From Mobula hypostoma (Eukaryota): a DNA stretch of 64,000 nucleotides. Each line of letters begins with the position of its first letter. Positions within the stretch are counted from its first letter, which is position 1. Made by a program: the position numbers and the translations under genes. Shown here one piece after another: positions 36,271 through 49,171 of this stretch. The DNA lies in assembly GCF_963921235.1 (NCBI RefSeq), contig NC_086108.1:32676001-32740000 (forward strand), read 5' to 3'. The notes beneath the pieces are model-generated. The model was not told the origin of the DNA, did not search any database, and saw nothing but the letters and a program-made list of their open reading frames with translations.

Positions 36271-37842
36271 CTTTTGCATGCAAAAAGAAACAGAGGGGAA
36301 TTAAAAAAGCCTTGCAGCATAAAACCAAAGGCAATACAATCTATATGTCTATAATCCAAAAATAGAAAAATAGTGAAAATCATCAGCATCAGCAGTTTAA
36401 CAGCAACTGCGGAGATAAACTGCATTCCTGTTAGCACCCTTTCATCAGAACTTCTTTGCTTCGTATGAAACTTCACCTACTTGGTGAGCAAGAAGTTTCC
36501 TTCTATAACGGGTTCAATTGCAACACTTGGGAGGCATTTAGATCTGCGCATGAAGGTTTGTAGCTTGGAGGGTTATGGGGTGAACGTGGGAACTGGGACT
36601 TGCGGGAGGAACACTGATCAGTATGGACCAATTGGGCTAAAGTGCAAGTTTGTGAGCTGTGTTACTTTAGGAATCTCTAGATTCTGCTTAGCCTTCTGAG
36701 TATTTCAAGTACTTCCTGTTTTACAAATCAAAACTGACTTGGCCTTGAATTTACAAGACCAAGTCTCGTCAGTGTTCAATGCAAAAAACACCCTTGCCGC
36801 ATGACAAATGAGGAATTAACTTTGTCTAGCGCCTCAGGATGACACTCAATATTGCATTTGCCCAGTGGTGAAGCTCGCACACTAAACAATACATTCATCA
36901 ACAGTCCCAACAAATTAACTACTCACTACCAGCAGCCAACTCCCATCATTATATCAACTCCAATGGAGAACATTTTGGATTATATAAACAGTGGAAGTCC
37001 CATAGGTCACACATGGAGATATGATTTACATTGAGATCTCATCTTTAAATGACAAAATACACAAAAAGAGTTCGAACAGATGGGGAATAAATAGGCCAGG
37101 CCCTGAAGTACAAGTTAATTACCATTTCAAAACTGTATATTCACTATTTATCTTATATAAATAGTCTCTCTTCCATAGCTTTTTTATAATAAATTATTTA
37201 CTGTCTCATTTTTTAAAATAACTATTAAATGCAGATGGAGCACTTGAGAAGCTATACAGGTCTCATCCTCATTTAAATCCTTTTAAATTAATTAATACTG
37301 TACTTGATTATTAGTTAAATCTGCACACTTCTAAGGGTGTTGTGAAATGTTGCTGCTGTAATGAAATGATTTCCCATCTGGGATTGATAAGTATTTATTA
37401 TTATTTTGGATTAGTCTGAAACAATGGGATTGAATGCAGTGTCTATTATGTCCTGAACACTGTGGTTTTAGTAGGGATTTCAGGTGGGCTAGAAGGTTAA
37501 GCTGAAGGAAAACTTAATGATAATGTACAAAAATTAAGGAGGTTAGTTGGTTTAAAGAAAGTGTTGGGAAAAAAATCCTTGGGTTCAGAGTCGACAATCA
37601 AAATGTACCACTTGAATGGACACAAAGAAAGTTGGAATACTGACAGTAACCAAATGGCTATAGTAAATGATTGTTTATGATACCTGAGGAAGGAGAATAC
37701 TGGCATTCACTGGAATTTGGATTGTTTACCTCTGGCTCTATGTATATTATTAACTAGACTTGTGGGTAGAAGCAATGAGAGTTAAATTTGCAGATGACAC
37801 AATAATGGCCATTAGTGTGAAACGTGAGTGAATAGTGATTAT

Positions 37843-38230
37843 AAACAAGAGATTTTGCAGGTGCTGGAAATTCAGAATAATCTGCAAAAAAAATACTGGG
37901 GGAATTCAGCAGGTCAGGCTGCATCTATGGAGAGGAATAAGGAGTTGATGTTTAGGGCCAAGAACTTTCATCAGCACTGGATAGGGAGGGACAAGAAGCC
38001 AGAATAAGTAGGTTAGGGGAAGGGAGGGAGTACAAGCTGGAAGGAGATGGGTGAAGCCAGGTAAGGAGGGAGGTAGGTGGGTTGAAGTGAGAAGTTGGGA
38101 GATGATAGGTAGAAAAATAAAGAACTGAAGAAGGAGGAATCTGGTAGGAGAGGAGAGTGAACCATGGGAGAAAGGGAAAGAGGGGCACCAGAGGAAAGTG
38201 ACAGGCAGGTGGGGAGAAGAGAAGGGGTAA
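37843..38230 (-). mobile_element. Older PLE 3' fragment (degraded hammerhead)
   Basis: Same tail architecture; minus strand CTGATGAAAGTTCTTGGCCCTAAACATC. Confidence 0.7.
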
Positions 38231-38730
38231 GATGCATAAAAATATGATAAAAGAATATAAAATGACAAGGGTTCGAGACAGGGTGGATAGTGGGAAGCTA
38301 TTCCCATTAGAATAAAGAGTAGCTCTGATACAGAACTAGCATGGACACAATAGGCCGAATGGCCTTTTTCTATAACTATTCAATGAAAATGAAGAATATT
38401 ATGAAAGGGTAGGTATAAAAAGTTGTAAAGCTATATTGTCTCAGAGCGAGGCCCTCCGGCCCAACTGGTTCATGCCGACTAACATGACTATCTGAGTGTG
38501 TCCCATTTACCTGCACTTATCCCGTATTTCTCTAAACTTTTCTTATCCATGTACCTATCCTAAAGCCTTTTGAATGTTGTCAATGTACCTGCCTTAACCA
38601 CTTCCTTTGGCAGTTCATTCCAATATACTGATCACCCTAAGGATGAAAAATATATGCCACTGGTAATCCAGCTAAATGAAATAGCCCATTTCTCTGCAGT
38701 CAATTGTGTATAACAATTGTTGTGTAATAC

Positions 38731-38803
38731 CTTTTAGTCATATTTTTCTTTTTCTCCAAAATGTCTGCCATCATGTTGTTAACAGAAGGTAGTTTAGCCA
38801 ACC
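38731..38803 (-). CDS. fmo5: FMO5-like exon 8 (73 bp, absent from the ORF track)
   Basis: ttttag|GG..AG|gtatta; (G)LAKLPSVNNMMADILEKKKNMTK(R); phases match both neighbours. Confidence 0.9.
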
Positions 38804-39713
38804 CTAAAAAAACCAAAACACCACATTAAAAGAATGGGGTTTACCTCAGTTAATGACTTAAATATAGTACAGTGCTAAATTAATTTGGGATGTGTTGCCG
38901 TAAATATACAGAGTGGTCCTGAGTGCCACAAGTGGCTAGCTGCAGACAGAATGGCTTTGACAGCCAGTGAGGTCCTCCAGTACCTCTCGTCACTCCCTTT
39001 CTCTTGCAGCCACCACAAGGCCACAGGATGATTATCACTGAACTGCCTTGTACAAGCTCAATGCACTGTGCAATGATTTGGTCCGTGGAACCACTATGCA
39101 AGGCAGCTATTCCTCTGTACCTCAGTACAACTGACAATAACAAACCAATTCCAATTTCACCTTGAGTGTCCGTGAATGTGTTTAACCACCTATGAATTAT
39201 TGAAATATTAAAATATTACGAAGTAATCAATAATTTTGAGCAAAGAAAAAAAACAGAAATCACAAATTTAATAATAATTGAACATATTTAAATTATTTGA
39301 AGTAAATGATAAGAGTCAACTAAGGATTGTCATGGCTGAGGTGGTGAGTGGCTTAGACCAGAATCCTTGATTAAATCCCTGGGGGTAGTTACTGTATTAA
39401 TATTTATTCTCTTTGTTTACTTCATTTTTCTTTGCCTTCTCAACTGTGTAACACTTTATAACATGCAATCTCCCCAAACAAGGGGAGAAATTATTTCTCC
39501 CAGAGAGCTGATAAATAATCTTTTAAGATGATGGTTTGATAGTTCTCATAGCAACCACATCTGCTAATTTGAGAGGCCATCCGAGGAGCTGCAGATTATC
39601 AATAAGAAATCCCCAAAATGATATCATGTCAACAACCAAGTTATGTTATCAATGAAAAATTCACACAATGCACATTATTGCTTTTTTCAGAAATGTCTGC
39701 ACTGCATAGGTAC

Positions 39714-40066
39714 CTTTAAAAACCCTTGTGGTCCAACGAGCCTGCATTTCAGATATTGGCATAATAGCTCCCACTGGCTGGATAAGACCAATGATGGCTA
39801 GTGTTGGCCGCTCCAGCTGAGGTGGAAAGACATTCTTATAAAGAGTGGCATGGTTTCTGTTAACTTTGATGACAGACTCATTCAGAAATGGGAAAGCAAA
39901 ACTGTATCCTGTTGCAAAAATAACCGCATCAATATCTTCCATGGTGTCATCTTCAAAGATGGCTGCTGATTCAGTTAACTGCTTCACATTAGGTTTCACA
40001 AGAACACGTCCGGACAAAATGCGATTTGGCAAATCGTCATTAACTGTTGGATGTTGGCTGAAAAAA
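39714..40066 (-). CDS. fmo5: FMO5-like exon 7
   Basis: [52 protein letters not shown] boundaries; FATGY motif. Confidence 0.95.
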
Positions 40067-41140
40067 CTGAAAAGAAAGATAAAATCCCATCTCCATCAAT
40101 TTGAGAGCATTAATATTTCAGAATTAATGCAGATGATTGATGAAATAATTAGATTGTACACTCTTACGGAGCGCTCTCATACAGCACTAGAGAATAATCA
40201 TTTCAGCAATGAGTGCAAAACTCAACTGCAGCATTTATCTGGTGAAAGATAGCCCTAACTGAATAAAAACATTTACATTGGTAACTATGTGCACAAGGTC
40301 ACATGAGTGTTTAACCAATAAAGAAAATGAGTTGAGATTCTGTTTAATTAGCTGATCAGAATCAAAATAAATATGACACATAAATGCACAGCAGTGATTT
40401 ATATGGGAAAGAGGAAAGAGTGGCCTGGGTGCCCATGGCATAGAAAATAAGTAAACGTCAGAGTATTGATTGGATTGGTCATCACTCAATGTTCCAATGA
40501 TTCTTGGTTCTTGAAGACAATTCAGGATCTGGGTCAGTCTTCCCCGGTATGGAACAAAGTTGCCCTAGTGAATGGTGCAGAGTAATAAGTAATGAAGAGG
40601 GCAAATGTCAGAATGAACTGGCCACAGATAAACTTGCGTTTAGGATTCTATCAACTCATTATTAAAAATAGAGTTAATCTTTCAGGTCAATGACTAGTCA
40701 TCAGTTCATGGGAATTCCTTCTGCTGGAGATAACCAGTTCAAGGGAACACAACTGAAAATAAACATGAAACCATTAAGGAGAAAAGCTAGGAGACACATA
40801 TTCACCCAGAATACAAGGGTTAAAAAATCTACAAAATGGAGGAAAAGATTGACTGGCAGTTGACTACCAAAGTGTATAGAGCTGATTTGAAATACTGTTG
40901 TTTCTCTCCCTTCACAAAGTCTGGCTGATATTTTGGGTACATCGAACATTGTCCATTTTATTTGCAATTCTCTAGCATTTGTTAAATACTAAATCATTCC
41001 TAAAGGCTTCACATATAAAATGTGAGATCCAGGCACATTCAAATGGGACACGTGGCCAAAAGAAAGCAAGGTATCAAAGAGCATTTTAAAAGAAGACTAA
41101 GATCAATTTCCTTTCCAGACAGGATGCTGGTATTACAGAC

Positions 41141-41328
41141 CTGTGGTTAGGTTGCAAACCATAATTTCCATGATCAAATCGATTGTTTATGGATTGTATA
41201 ACTAGCCAATTATTTATAGATGAACCAATTAGGCCATGAAAGCGACGGGTATACATCATGTCAGCAGGGAATCCTCTTTCAGCCACACGATTAACTATCC
41301 AGGCACCCCTTCTTGTACTCAGAAACAC
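41141..41328 (-). CDS. fmo5: FMO5-like exon 6
   Basis: ttgcag|GTG..CACAG|gtctgt; VFLSTRRGAWIVNRV..RFDHGNYGLQPNH. Confidence 0.95.
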
Positions 41329-41569
41329 CTGCAAGACATTTGAAGAAGTCAAGGATGGTCAGTTTTAATATTTGCTGCTGGGACAAACACCTAAAGACGC
41401 TATCAAAATTGCATTTATTTTTCTCTCGAGCAACAGTTACATATTTCGAAATCTGAATGATGAGGGGTAAGGAGACCAATTGCAATAGAATTTTTCACTT
41501 CTAATTAATAGCAGTTTATTCAGCTGAAACAATATGGTCCTTGAAATGCAAAGGAAACATTTCCGTGTA

Positions 41570-42925
41570 AACACAAGAGATCATTTAGATGCTGGAAATC
41601 CAGAGCAACACACACAAAATGCTGGAGGAACTCAGCAGATTAGGCAGCATCGGTGGAAATGAATGAACAGTCAACTTCGACTGAGACCCTTCTTCAGGAC
41701 TGAAATGGAAGGGGGAAAATACCAGAATACAAAGGTGGGCCGAGGGGAAGGAGGCTAACTGGAAAATGATGGGTGAAGCCAGGTGGGTGATGAAGGGCTG
41801 GAGAAGAAGGATTCTGATAGAAGAGGACCATTGGAGAAAGGGAAGAAAGAGGAGCAACAGGGGAGATGATAAGATGGAGAAGAAGAGGTAAGAGCCAGAG
41901 CAGGGAATAGAAGAGGAAAGAACAAGGGGAAAAGAGAAAAATATATCGGAAGGAGAAATACATGTTCATACCATCATATTGGAGGCTATCTAGATGGATT
42001 ATGAGGTGTTGAACCTCCACACAGAGTGGCTTCATCATGGCTAAAGAAGAGGCCATGGATCGACATGTTGGAACAGGAAAGGGAATCAGAATTAAAATGG
42101 TTGGTCACTGAGAAATTTTGTTTTTGGTGGATGGAGCAAAGGTACATCCCAATTTACATTGGGTCTCACCATGCAGGTAATAGAAATACTACACTTGCCC
42201 AACTACCTCCTCTCTGATCTCCATTTAGGGCTCCAAACAGTCATTCCAGGTGCAGCAATACTTTATCTGCAAATCTGTCGGGGCCGTCTATTGTATCTGG
42301 TGCTCTTGATGCAGCCTCCTCTAAAATGGTGAAACCCGACATAAATTGGGGGACCACTTCATCAAGCACCTCTGCTCCATCCTCCAAAAGCGATTATTTC
42401 CTGGTGGCTAACCATTTTAATTCCCGTTCCAACATCTCAGTCCATGAACTCCTCTTCTGCTATGATGAAACCACTCGCAGTGTGGAGGAAATACACCTCA
42501 TATTCCATCTGGGTAGCCTTCAACCTGATGGTGTGAACATCGACTTCTCCTCCTGGCAACTTCCCCCCTCCCCCTTCCCTCTTCTTCTATGCCCCACTCC
42601 GGCCTCTTACCTCTTCTCCTCATCTGCCTATCACCTGCCATTGGTGCCCCTCCTCCTTCCCTTTCTCCCATGGTCCACTCTTCTTTTCTACAAGGTTCCT
42701 TCTTCTCCAGTCCTTTTCCTTTTCCACCCACCTGGCTTCACATATCACCATCTACCTTGCCCTCCCTCCCTACTCCTCACCTTTTTATTCTGGAGTCTTC
42801 CTCCTTCCTTTCCAATCCCAATGAAGGGTTTCAGCTTGAAACGCCGACTGTTCATTCATTTCCATAGATGTTGCCTGATGTGCTGAGTTCACCCAGCATT
42901 TTGTGTGTGCGCTCAGGTTTTCCAT
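41570..42925. mobile_element. Older inverted pair of PLE fragments
   Basis: Minus arm ~41570-42170 and plus arm ~42190-42925; both carry GIY-YIG C-terminal remnants (HLIFHLGSLQPDGVNIDFS) and degraded hammerheads; no TSD found. Confidence 0.75.
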
Positions 42926-43681
42926 CTAAGTGTGTTTTGCGACGGACATGGACTGTGCCTTTAAAAGAGTGGGGGGAGAGAGAGAGAAGCTGACTACAGT
43001 ACTGCTGCCTGCTTCTGGGTCACTATGGTGACAGAGAGGCAGAGTTATGTGATGGACAGTTCGATGTTCATGGTTGCCGCACAGTGTGTTTATTTAAACA
43101 AGGTCAGATGACTCTCACGGACACAGTGGAACACCGATTAAGGCGACCGGTCAACGCGACACTGGGTGGAACTTTCGAGTGCCCACAAGGGTGGGTTGAG
43201 GATCGATCAGTGGCTATCACAGTGTGCAGAAGCGCTGACCCTGTGGAGGCTACCGCTGTGTCTACCCTTGCCTGGGTGGTAGCTTACCCTTGAAGACAGT
43301 CCCTTTTGTGATAAGCTACCGAGAGTGGATTCGGAGTCTGACGTTGGAAGACCAACGGCACCTGTTTACTTGTCCTTCTCCTATTGTGGATTTCACCTCG
43401 GCTCACAAACATCCCTCTCTCCCCCACCAAGTCCGTGCATTGAACCGAACTTTCTTACATTAGCATCGTAAGACTTTAAATCTTGCCACTTGAGCTTGAA
43501 GGAGTTTGGGAATTATATTTACCCACACACACACATATATATATATATATATACACATAACACTGCTAACTTTGGATTTACCTGGTTTAAGTTACTATAT
43601 TAAGTAGTTACTAATAAATCAACATACATCAAAGTTGCTGGTGAACGCAGCAGGCCAAGCAGCATCTATAGGAAGAGGCGC

Positions 43682-43717
43682 AGTCGACGTTTCAGGCCGA
43701 GACCCTTCGTCAGGACT
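43682..43717 (-). ncRNA. Minimal hammerhead ribozyme motif (sense to the FMO pre-mRNA)
   Basis: Minus strand AGTC-CTGACGA-AGGGTCTCGGCCT-GAAA-CGTC-GACT. Confidence 0.75.
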
Positions 43718-44010
43718 AACTGAAGGAAGAGTGAGTAAGGGATTTGAAAGCTGGAGGGGGAGGGGGAGATGCAAAATGATAGGAGAAGACAGGAGGGGGA
43801 GGGATAGAGCCGAGAGCTGGACAGGTGATAGGCAAAAGGGGATACGAGAGGATCATGGGACAGGAGGCCTAGGGAGAAAGACGGGGGGGGGGTGACCCAG
43901 AGGATGGGCAAGAGGTATATTCAGAGGGACAGAGGGAGAAAAAGGCGAGTGAGAGAAAGAATGTGTGCATAAAAATGAGTAACAGCTGGGGTACGAGGGG
44001 GAGGTGGGGC

Positions 44011-44337
44011 CTAGCGGAAGTTAGAGAAGTCAATGTTCATGCCATCAGGTTGGAGGCTACCCAGACGGAATATAAGGTGTTGTTCCTCCAACCTGAGTGT
44101 GGCTTCATCTTTACAGTAGAGGAGGCCGTGGATAGACATGTCAGAATGGGAATGGGATGTGGAATTAAAATGTGAGGCCACTGGGAGATCCTGCTTTCTC
44201 TGGCGGACAGAGCGTAGATGTTCAGCAAAGCAGTCTCCCAGTCTGCGTCGGGTCTCACCAATATATAAAAGGCCACATCGGGAGCACCGGACGCAGTATA
44301 TCACCCCAGTCGACTCACAGGTGAAGTGATGCCTCAC
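44011..44337 (-). pseudogene. PLE GIY-YIG endonuclease domain (5'-truncated element ORF)
   Basis: FTCESTGVIYCVRCSRCGLLYIGETRRRL..EHLRSV..PVASHFN..EEQHLIFRLGSLQPDGMN. Confidence 0.9.
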
Positions 44338-45164
44338 CTGGAAGGACTGTTTGGGGCCCTGAATGGTGGTAAGGGAGGAAGTGTAAGGGCATGTGTAGCA
44401 CTTGTTCCGCTTACACGGATAAGTGCCAGGAGGGAGATCAGTGGGGAGGGATGGGGGGGACGAATGGACAAGGGAGTTGTGTAGGGAGCGATCCCTGCGG
44501 AATGCAGAGAGAGGGGGGGAGGGAAAGATGTGCTTAGTGGTGGGATCCCGTTGGAGGTGGCGGAAGTTACGGAGAATAATATGTTGGACCCGGAGGCTGG
44601 TGGGGTGGTAGGTGAGGACCAGGGGAACCCTATTCCTAGTGGGGTGGTGGGAGGATGGAGTGAGAGCAGATGTACGTGAAATGGAACTCTGCTCTTAAAC
44701 GCATCTCCTCCATTTCACGTACATCTGCTCTCACTCCATCCTCCCACCACCCCACTAGGAATAGGGTTCCCCTGGTCCTCACCTACCACCCCACCAGCCT
44801 CCGGGTCCAACATATTATTCTCCGTACCTTCCGCCACCTCCAACGGGATCCCACCACTAAGCACATCTTTCCCTCCCCCCCCTCTCTGCATTCCGCAGGG
44901 ATCGCTCATTTTTATGCACACATTCTTTTTCTCACTCTCCTTTTTCTCCCTCTGTCCCTCTGAATATACCTCTTGCCCATCCTCTGGGTCACCCCCCCCC
45001 TTGTCTTTCTTCCAGGACCTCCTGTCCCATGATCCTCTCGTATCCCCTTTTGCCTATCACCTGTCCAGCTCTCGGCTCTATCCCTCCTCCTGTCTTCTCC
45101 TATCATTTTGCATCTCCCCCTCCCCCTCCAGCTTTCAAATCCCTTACTCACTCTTCCTTCAGTT

Positions 45165-45200
45165 AGTCCTGACGAAGGGTCTCGGCCTGAAACGTCGACT
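45165..45200 (+). ncRNA. Minimal hammerhead ribozyme motif
   Basis: AGTC-CTGACGA-AGGGTCTCGGCCT-GAAA-CGTC-GACT. Confidence 0.75.
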
Positions 45201-45394
45201 GCGCCTCTTCCTATAGATGCTGCCTGGCCTGCTGCGTTCACCAGCAACTTTGATGTATGTTGCTTGAATTTCCAGCATCTGCAGAATTCCTGTTGTTTGA
45301 GTTACTAATAAATGGTGGTTTTAACATCAAAACCAGTCTTCAGCTGTGTTCTGTTGCTGCTGGTTCTTTTAAACCATTGTGTTTACGTAACACT

Positions 45395-46740
45395 TTTCAA
45401 TGTTGTACCCACCTCTACCCTTTTTCTGGTAGCTCGTTCCAATTCAAGGGTATTGGTATTTCCATAGCAGGCTGTGAAGTAGCCAGTCAATGTGCTCTCC
45501 AGCACACATCTATTGATAACATGCCAACTCTTCACAGGTTCCTAAGGAAGTAGAGGCGCTGCTATGCTTTCTTCATAATTGCCCTTACTTGCAGGGCCCA
45601 GGACAGATCCTCTGAAATGACAGCACGGAGAAATTTGAAGTTGTTGACCCTCTCCACCTCTGATTCATGGATGAGGACTGGCTCATGGACCTAGGTTTCC
45701 TACTCATCAAGTCAATAAACAGTTCCTTGGTCTTGCTGACATTGAGTAAGAGGAGGTGGTTGTTGTGGAACCATTCAGCCAGATTTTCAACCTCCCTCCT
45801 GTATGCTGGTTCACCACCTTTACTTCGGCCAGTGACTGGTGTCATCAGCAAACACTGAGCTGTCCTTAGCCTCACAGTCAAAAGTATAAAGTGCGTAAAG
45901 CAAGGGGCTGAGCACACAGCCTTATGGTGCACCTGTGCTGATGGAGATTGTGGAGGAAATGTTGCTAACCCGAAATGACTGCGTTCTGCAAGTGAGGAAA
46001 TTGAGGATGCAGTTGCACAAGGAGCTATTGGGGCTGAGTCCTGAAACTTATTGATTAGATTATAAGAGGATGGTAGTACTGAATGCTGAGCTGTGGTCAA
46101 TGAAGAGCTCCCTGATAAATGCACCTTCGCTGTCCAGATGTTCCAGGGTTGAGTGAAGGACCAATGAGATGGCATCTGCTGTGGACCTGTTGTGACGGTG
46201 GGCAAACTGAAGTGGGTCCAAGCCGCTTCTCAGGCAGGAGTTGATATGTTCCATCAGCGTCCTCCCAAAACACTTCATCACCGTGGATGTAAGTACTACT
46301 GCACAATAGCCATTGAGACAGGTTTCCACGTTCTTCTGAGGCACTGGTGTAACTGAAGCTTGCTTGAAGCGGACTGCCAAATGAAGAGGTTAAGGATATC
46401 GCTGAACGTTCTAGCCAGTTAACCAGCACAGGCCTTTCTCGGCCAGGTACACCATATGGTCTGGATGCTTTCTGCGGGTTCATCCTCCTGAAGGATGCTC
46501 TCCCATCAGCCTCAGCGATTGAAATCACTGGGGCCTGTGTGAGTTTGTGAAGGTGTCACCAGCGAGCATGAAAGGCATTGAGCTCGTCTGGGAGTGCAGC
46601 CTTGTTGTCACCTAGTTCATTTGGTTTCACTTTGTAGGAGGGAAAAGCATTCAAGCCCTGCCACAGCTGTCGAGTATCCTTTCGTGACTCAAATTTGGTC
46701 CGGAATTGCCATTTTGCATGCCAGATGGCTTTCTGGAGAT
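45395..46740 (-). mobile_element. Rex1/Babar RT fragment
   Basis: CLNGYCAVVLTSTVMKCF..LDPLQFAHRHNRSTADAI..LFIDHSSAF; LNVSKTKELFID. Confidence 0.85.
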
Positions 46741-46744
46741 TGTG

Positions 46745-48430
46745 CAGTGCTGCGCAAAACTCTTAGATATACAGTACCTATAAAAATATTCACTCCCCAG
46801 GAAATTTTCATGTTTTATTGTTTTACAACACTGACTCACAGGGGATTTAATGTGGCTTTATTTGACACTGATCAACAGAAAAAGAATCCTTCGTGTCAAA
46901 GTGAAAACAGATCTCTACAAAGTGATCTAAATTAATTGCAAATATAAAACAAAATAATTGATTGCATAATTATTCACCCTGCCCTTTAATATGATACACC
47001 AAGTAATCACTGGTGCAGCCAATTGGTTTTAAAAGTCACATAATTAGTTAAATGGAGATCTGTTTTTGGAGACAAGGTGTTTCGATTGATTGTAGTAAAA
47101 GTACACCTGTATCTGAAAGGTCCAGCTGCTGGTGAGTCAGCATCCTGGCAAAAACTACACCGTGAAGACAAAAGATCGCTCCAAGCAACTCCATGAAAAG
47201 ATTATTGAAAAGCACAAGTCAGGAGATGGATAGGAGAAAATTTCCAAGTCACTGAATACCCCCTGGAGTACAGTTAAGTCAATCGTCAAGTAATGGAAAG
47301 AACATGGCACGGCAGTAAATCTGCCTCGAGCAGGCCGTCCTCAAAAACTGAGTGACCATGCAAGAGGGGACTAGTGAGGGAGGCCACAAAGAGAGCTATA
47401 ACAACATCTGGAGGAGTTACAGGCTTCAGTGGCTGAAATGGGAGAGATTGCATATACAACAACTGTTGCCCGGGTGCTTCACCAGTCACAGCTTTATGGG
47501 AGAGTGGCAAAGAGAAAGTCACCATTGAAAAAAATTCACATGAAATCTCAGCTGGAATTTGCCAGAAGGCATGTGGGAGAATCAGAAGTCAACTGGGAGA
47601 ACATTCTATGGTCTGATGAAATCAAAATTGAGTGTTTTGGCTGTCAGATTAAACACTACGTTTGGCTTAAGCCAAATACTGTACATCATCGAAAACACAC
47701 CATCCCTACCATGAAGCATGGTGGTAGCTGCATCATGCTGTGGGGATGCTTCACTGTAGTAAGCCCTGGAAGGTGTGTGAAGGTAGAGGGTAAAATGAAT
47801 GCAGCAAAATACAGGGAAATCCTGGAGCAAAACCTGATTCAGTCTCCCAAAGTCATGCAACTTGTTTTCCAGCAAGACAATGACTCCAAGCATAAAGCCA
47901 AAACTATACAGGAGTGACTTAAGAATAACAAAGTTAATGTCCTGGAACGGCCAAGTCAGAGTCCAAGCTTCAGTCCAATTGAGAAATTGTAGCTGGATTT
48001 GAAAAGGGCTGTTTGCTCACGATCCCCACGCAATCTGACAGAGCTTGAGCTGTTTTGTAAAGAAGAATTGGGAAAAATTGCAGTGTCCAGATTTGCAAAG
48101 CTGATAGAGACCTAGCCACACAGGCTCAAGGCTGTAATTGCTGCCAAAGGTGCATCTACTGAATACTGACTTGAAGAGGGTGAGTAATTTTGCAATTATT
48201 TTGTGTTTAATAACTGTAATAAATTTAGACCAATTTGTAGAAATTTGTTTTCATTTTGATACAAAAGAGTCTTTTCAAGTTGATCATTGTCAAAAAAGCT
48301 AAAGTAAATTCATTGTGATTCAATGTTGTAAAACAATAAAACATGAAAATTTCCATGGGGGTGGGGTGAATACTTTTTATAGGCACTGTATATATATCTC
48401 TAGAGTGCCTAAGACTTTTGTATAGTACTG
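46745..48430. mobile_element. Tiny Tc1-type MITE whose centre hosts the Tc1 insertion
   Basis: Left CAGTGCTGCGCAAAACTCTTAG (46745-46766); right CTAAGACTTTTGTATAGTACTG (48409-48430); imperfect inverted repeat. Confidence 0.6.
46772..48388 (+). mobile_element. Tc1 DNA transposon, full length, inactivated transposase
   Basis: TA TSD, ~210-bp imperfect TIRs starting CAGT; ILWSDEIKIE..PTMKHGGSCIMLWGCF..FQQDNDSKHK..PSQSPSFSPIE (DD34E type); stops and frameshifts. Confidence 0.95.
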
Positions 48431-48879
48431 TATTTGTCAATGTGGAGCAGAGAGCAAGTTTGTAAAGGTTCTTGGGAAATCGAGCATGAAGTGCTGTGAG
48501 GGAGGCGTGGAACAAATGGCTGAGAAGAAGTATCGGGGTGGGTTTGTGCAGATGCAGACACACTCAACCCTGAGACGCCAGGCAAGGTTGTTTGATTCCA
48601 AGCAATTGGTTTATTGATCATTACAGAATGTCTCTCTGGTGCTTCCCACTCCCTCCCCTCTCCCTTCCCCTTTTCCCAACCATAATTTCCACTCTCAGTT
48701 CAAAATAGAGACCCATATCAGAATCAGGTTTATCATCACTCACATGTGTCATGATTTTTTTGTGGCAGCAGTAGAGTGCAATCCTACGGTACAGTTCAAA
48801 AATCGTAGGCACCCTAGCCATTTGGGGACGGGTGAGTTCTGGGCTGGACGTCCTGCTCACTTAAGGAAGGTGAAGCGTC

Positions 48880-49165
48880 TTTCTTTCTTTTTAAATCTTT
48901 TCATTAATTTTTCCAAGATTATAAACAAAATAACAATGTTGATACAAACAGAATGGAAGAATCTTATTGATAATAAACATATATAGAAAAATTTTCAGAT
49001 AACACAGGTATAGTAGACTTCCAAACTCATGATGCTAATTAATCATAGAAAAAAAGAAATAAAAAGAAAAAAAAATACAAAGAAAACACTCCCAAAAAAA
49101 AACAAAAAAAAAGAGAACTAAATACTAAACCCAAAAAAAGCAAATGGAACAAAACAAGGCGAGAC
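48880..49165 (-). mobile_element. L1-clade 3' UTR fragment
   Basis: T-rich tail on plus strand followed by an A-rich UTR, like 29748-30040 and 59956-60250. Confidence 0.5.
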
Positions 49166-49171
49166 CAATAT

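Larger units (their letters stand above)
43620..45299. mobile_element. Young Penelope-like element as an inverted dimer
   Basis: 14-bp TSD AGTTACTAATAAAT (43606-43619, 45300-45313); minus arm 43620-44685 with GIY-YIG; plus arm ~44686-45299 internally deleted. Confidence 0.92.
42930..45392 (+). mobile_element. LTR-like element (5' end uncertain) split by a PLE dimer
   Basis: Ends ..TTACGTAACA like the solo LTRs at 11-13 kb; shares CCCTTGCCTGGGTG; AATAAA at the PLE insertion site. Confidence 0.6.

Noticed and set aside
36271..36476. N-terminal part of the 184-aa ORF 35922-36476
   Set aside because: Intronic read-through upstream of the acceptor; FMO similarity begins at 36270
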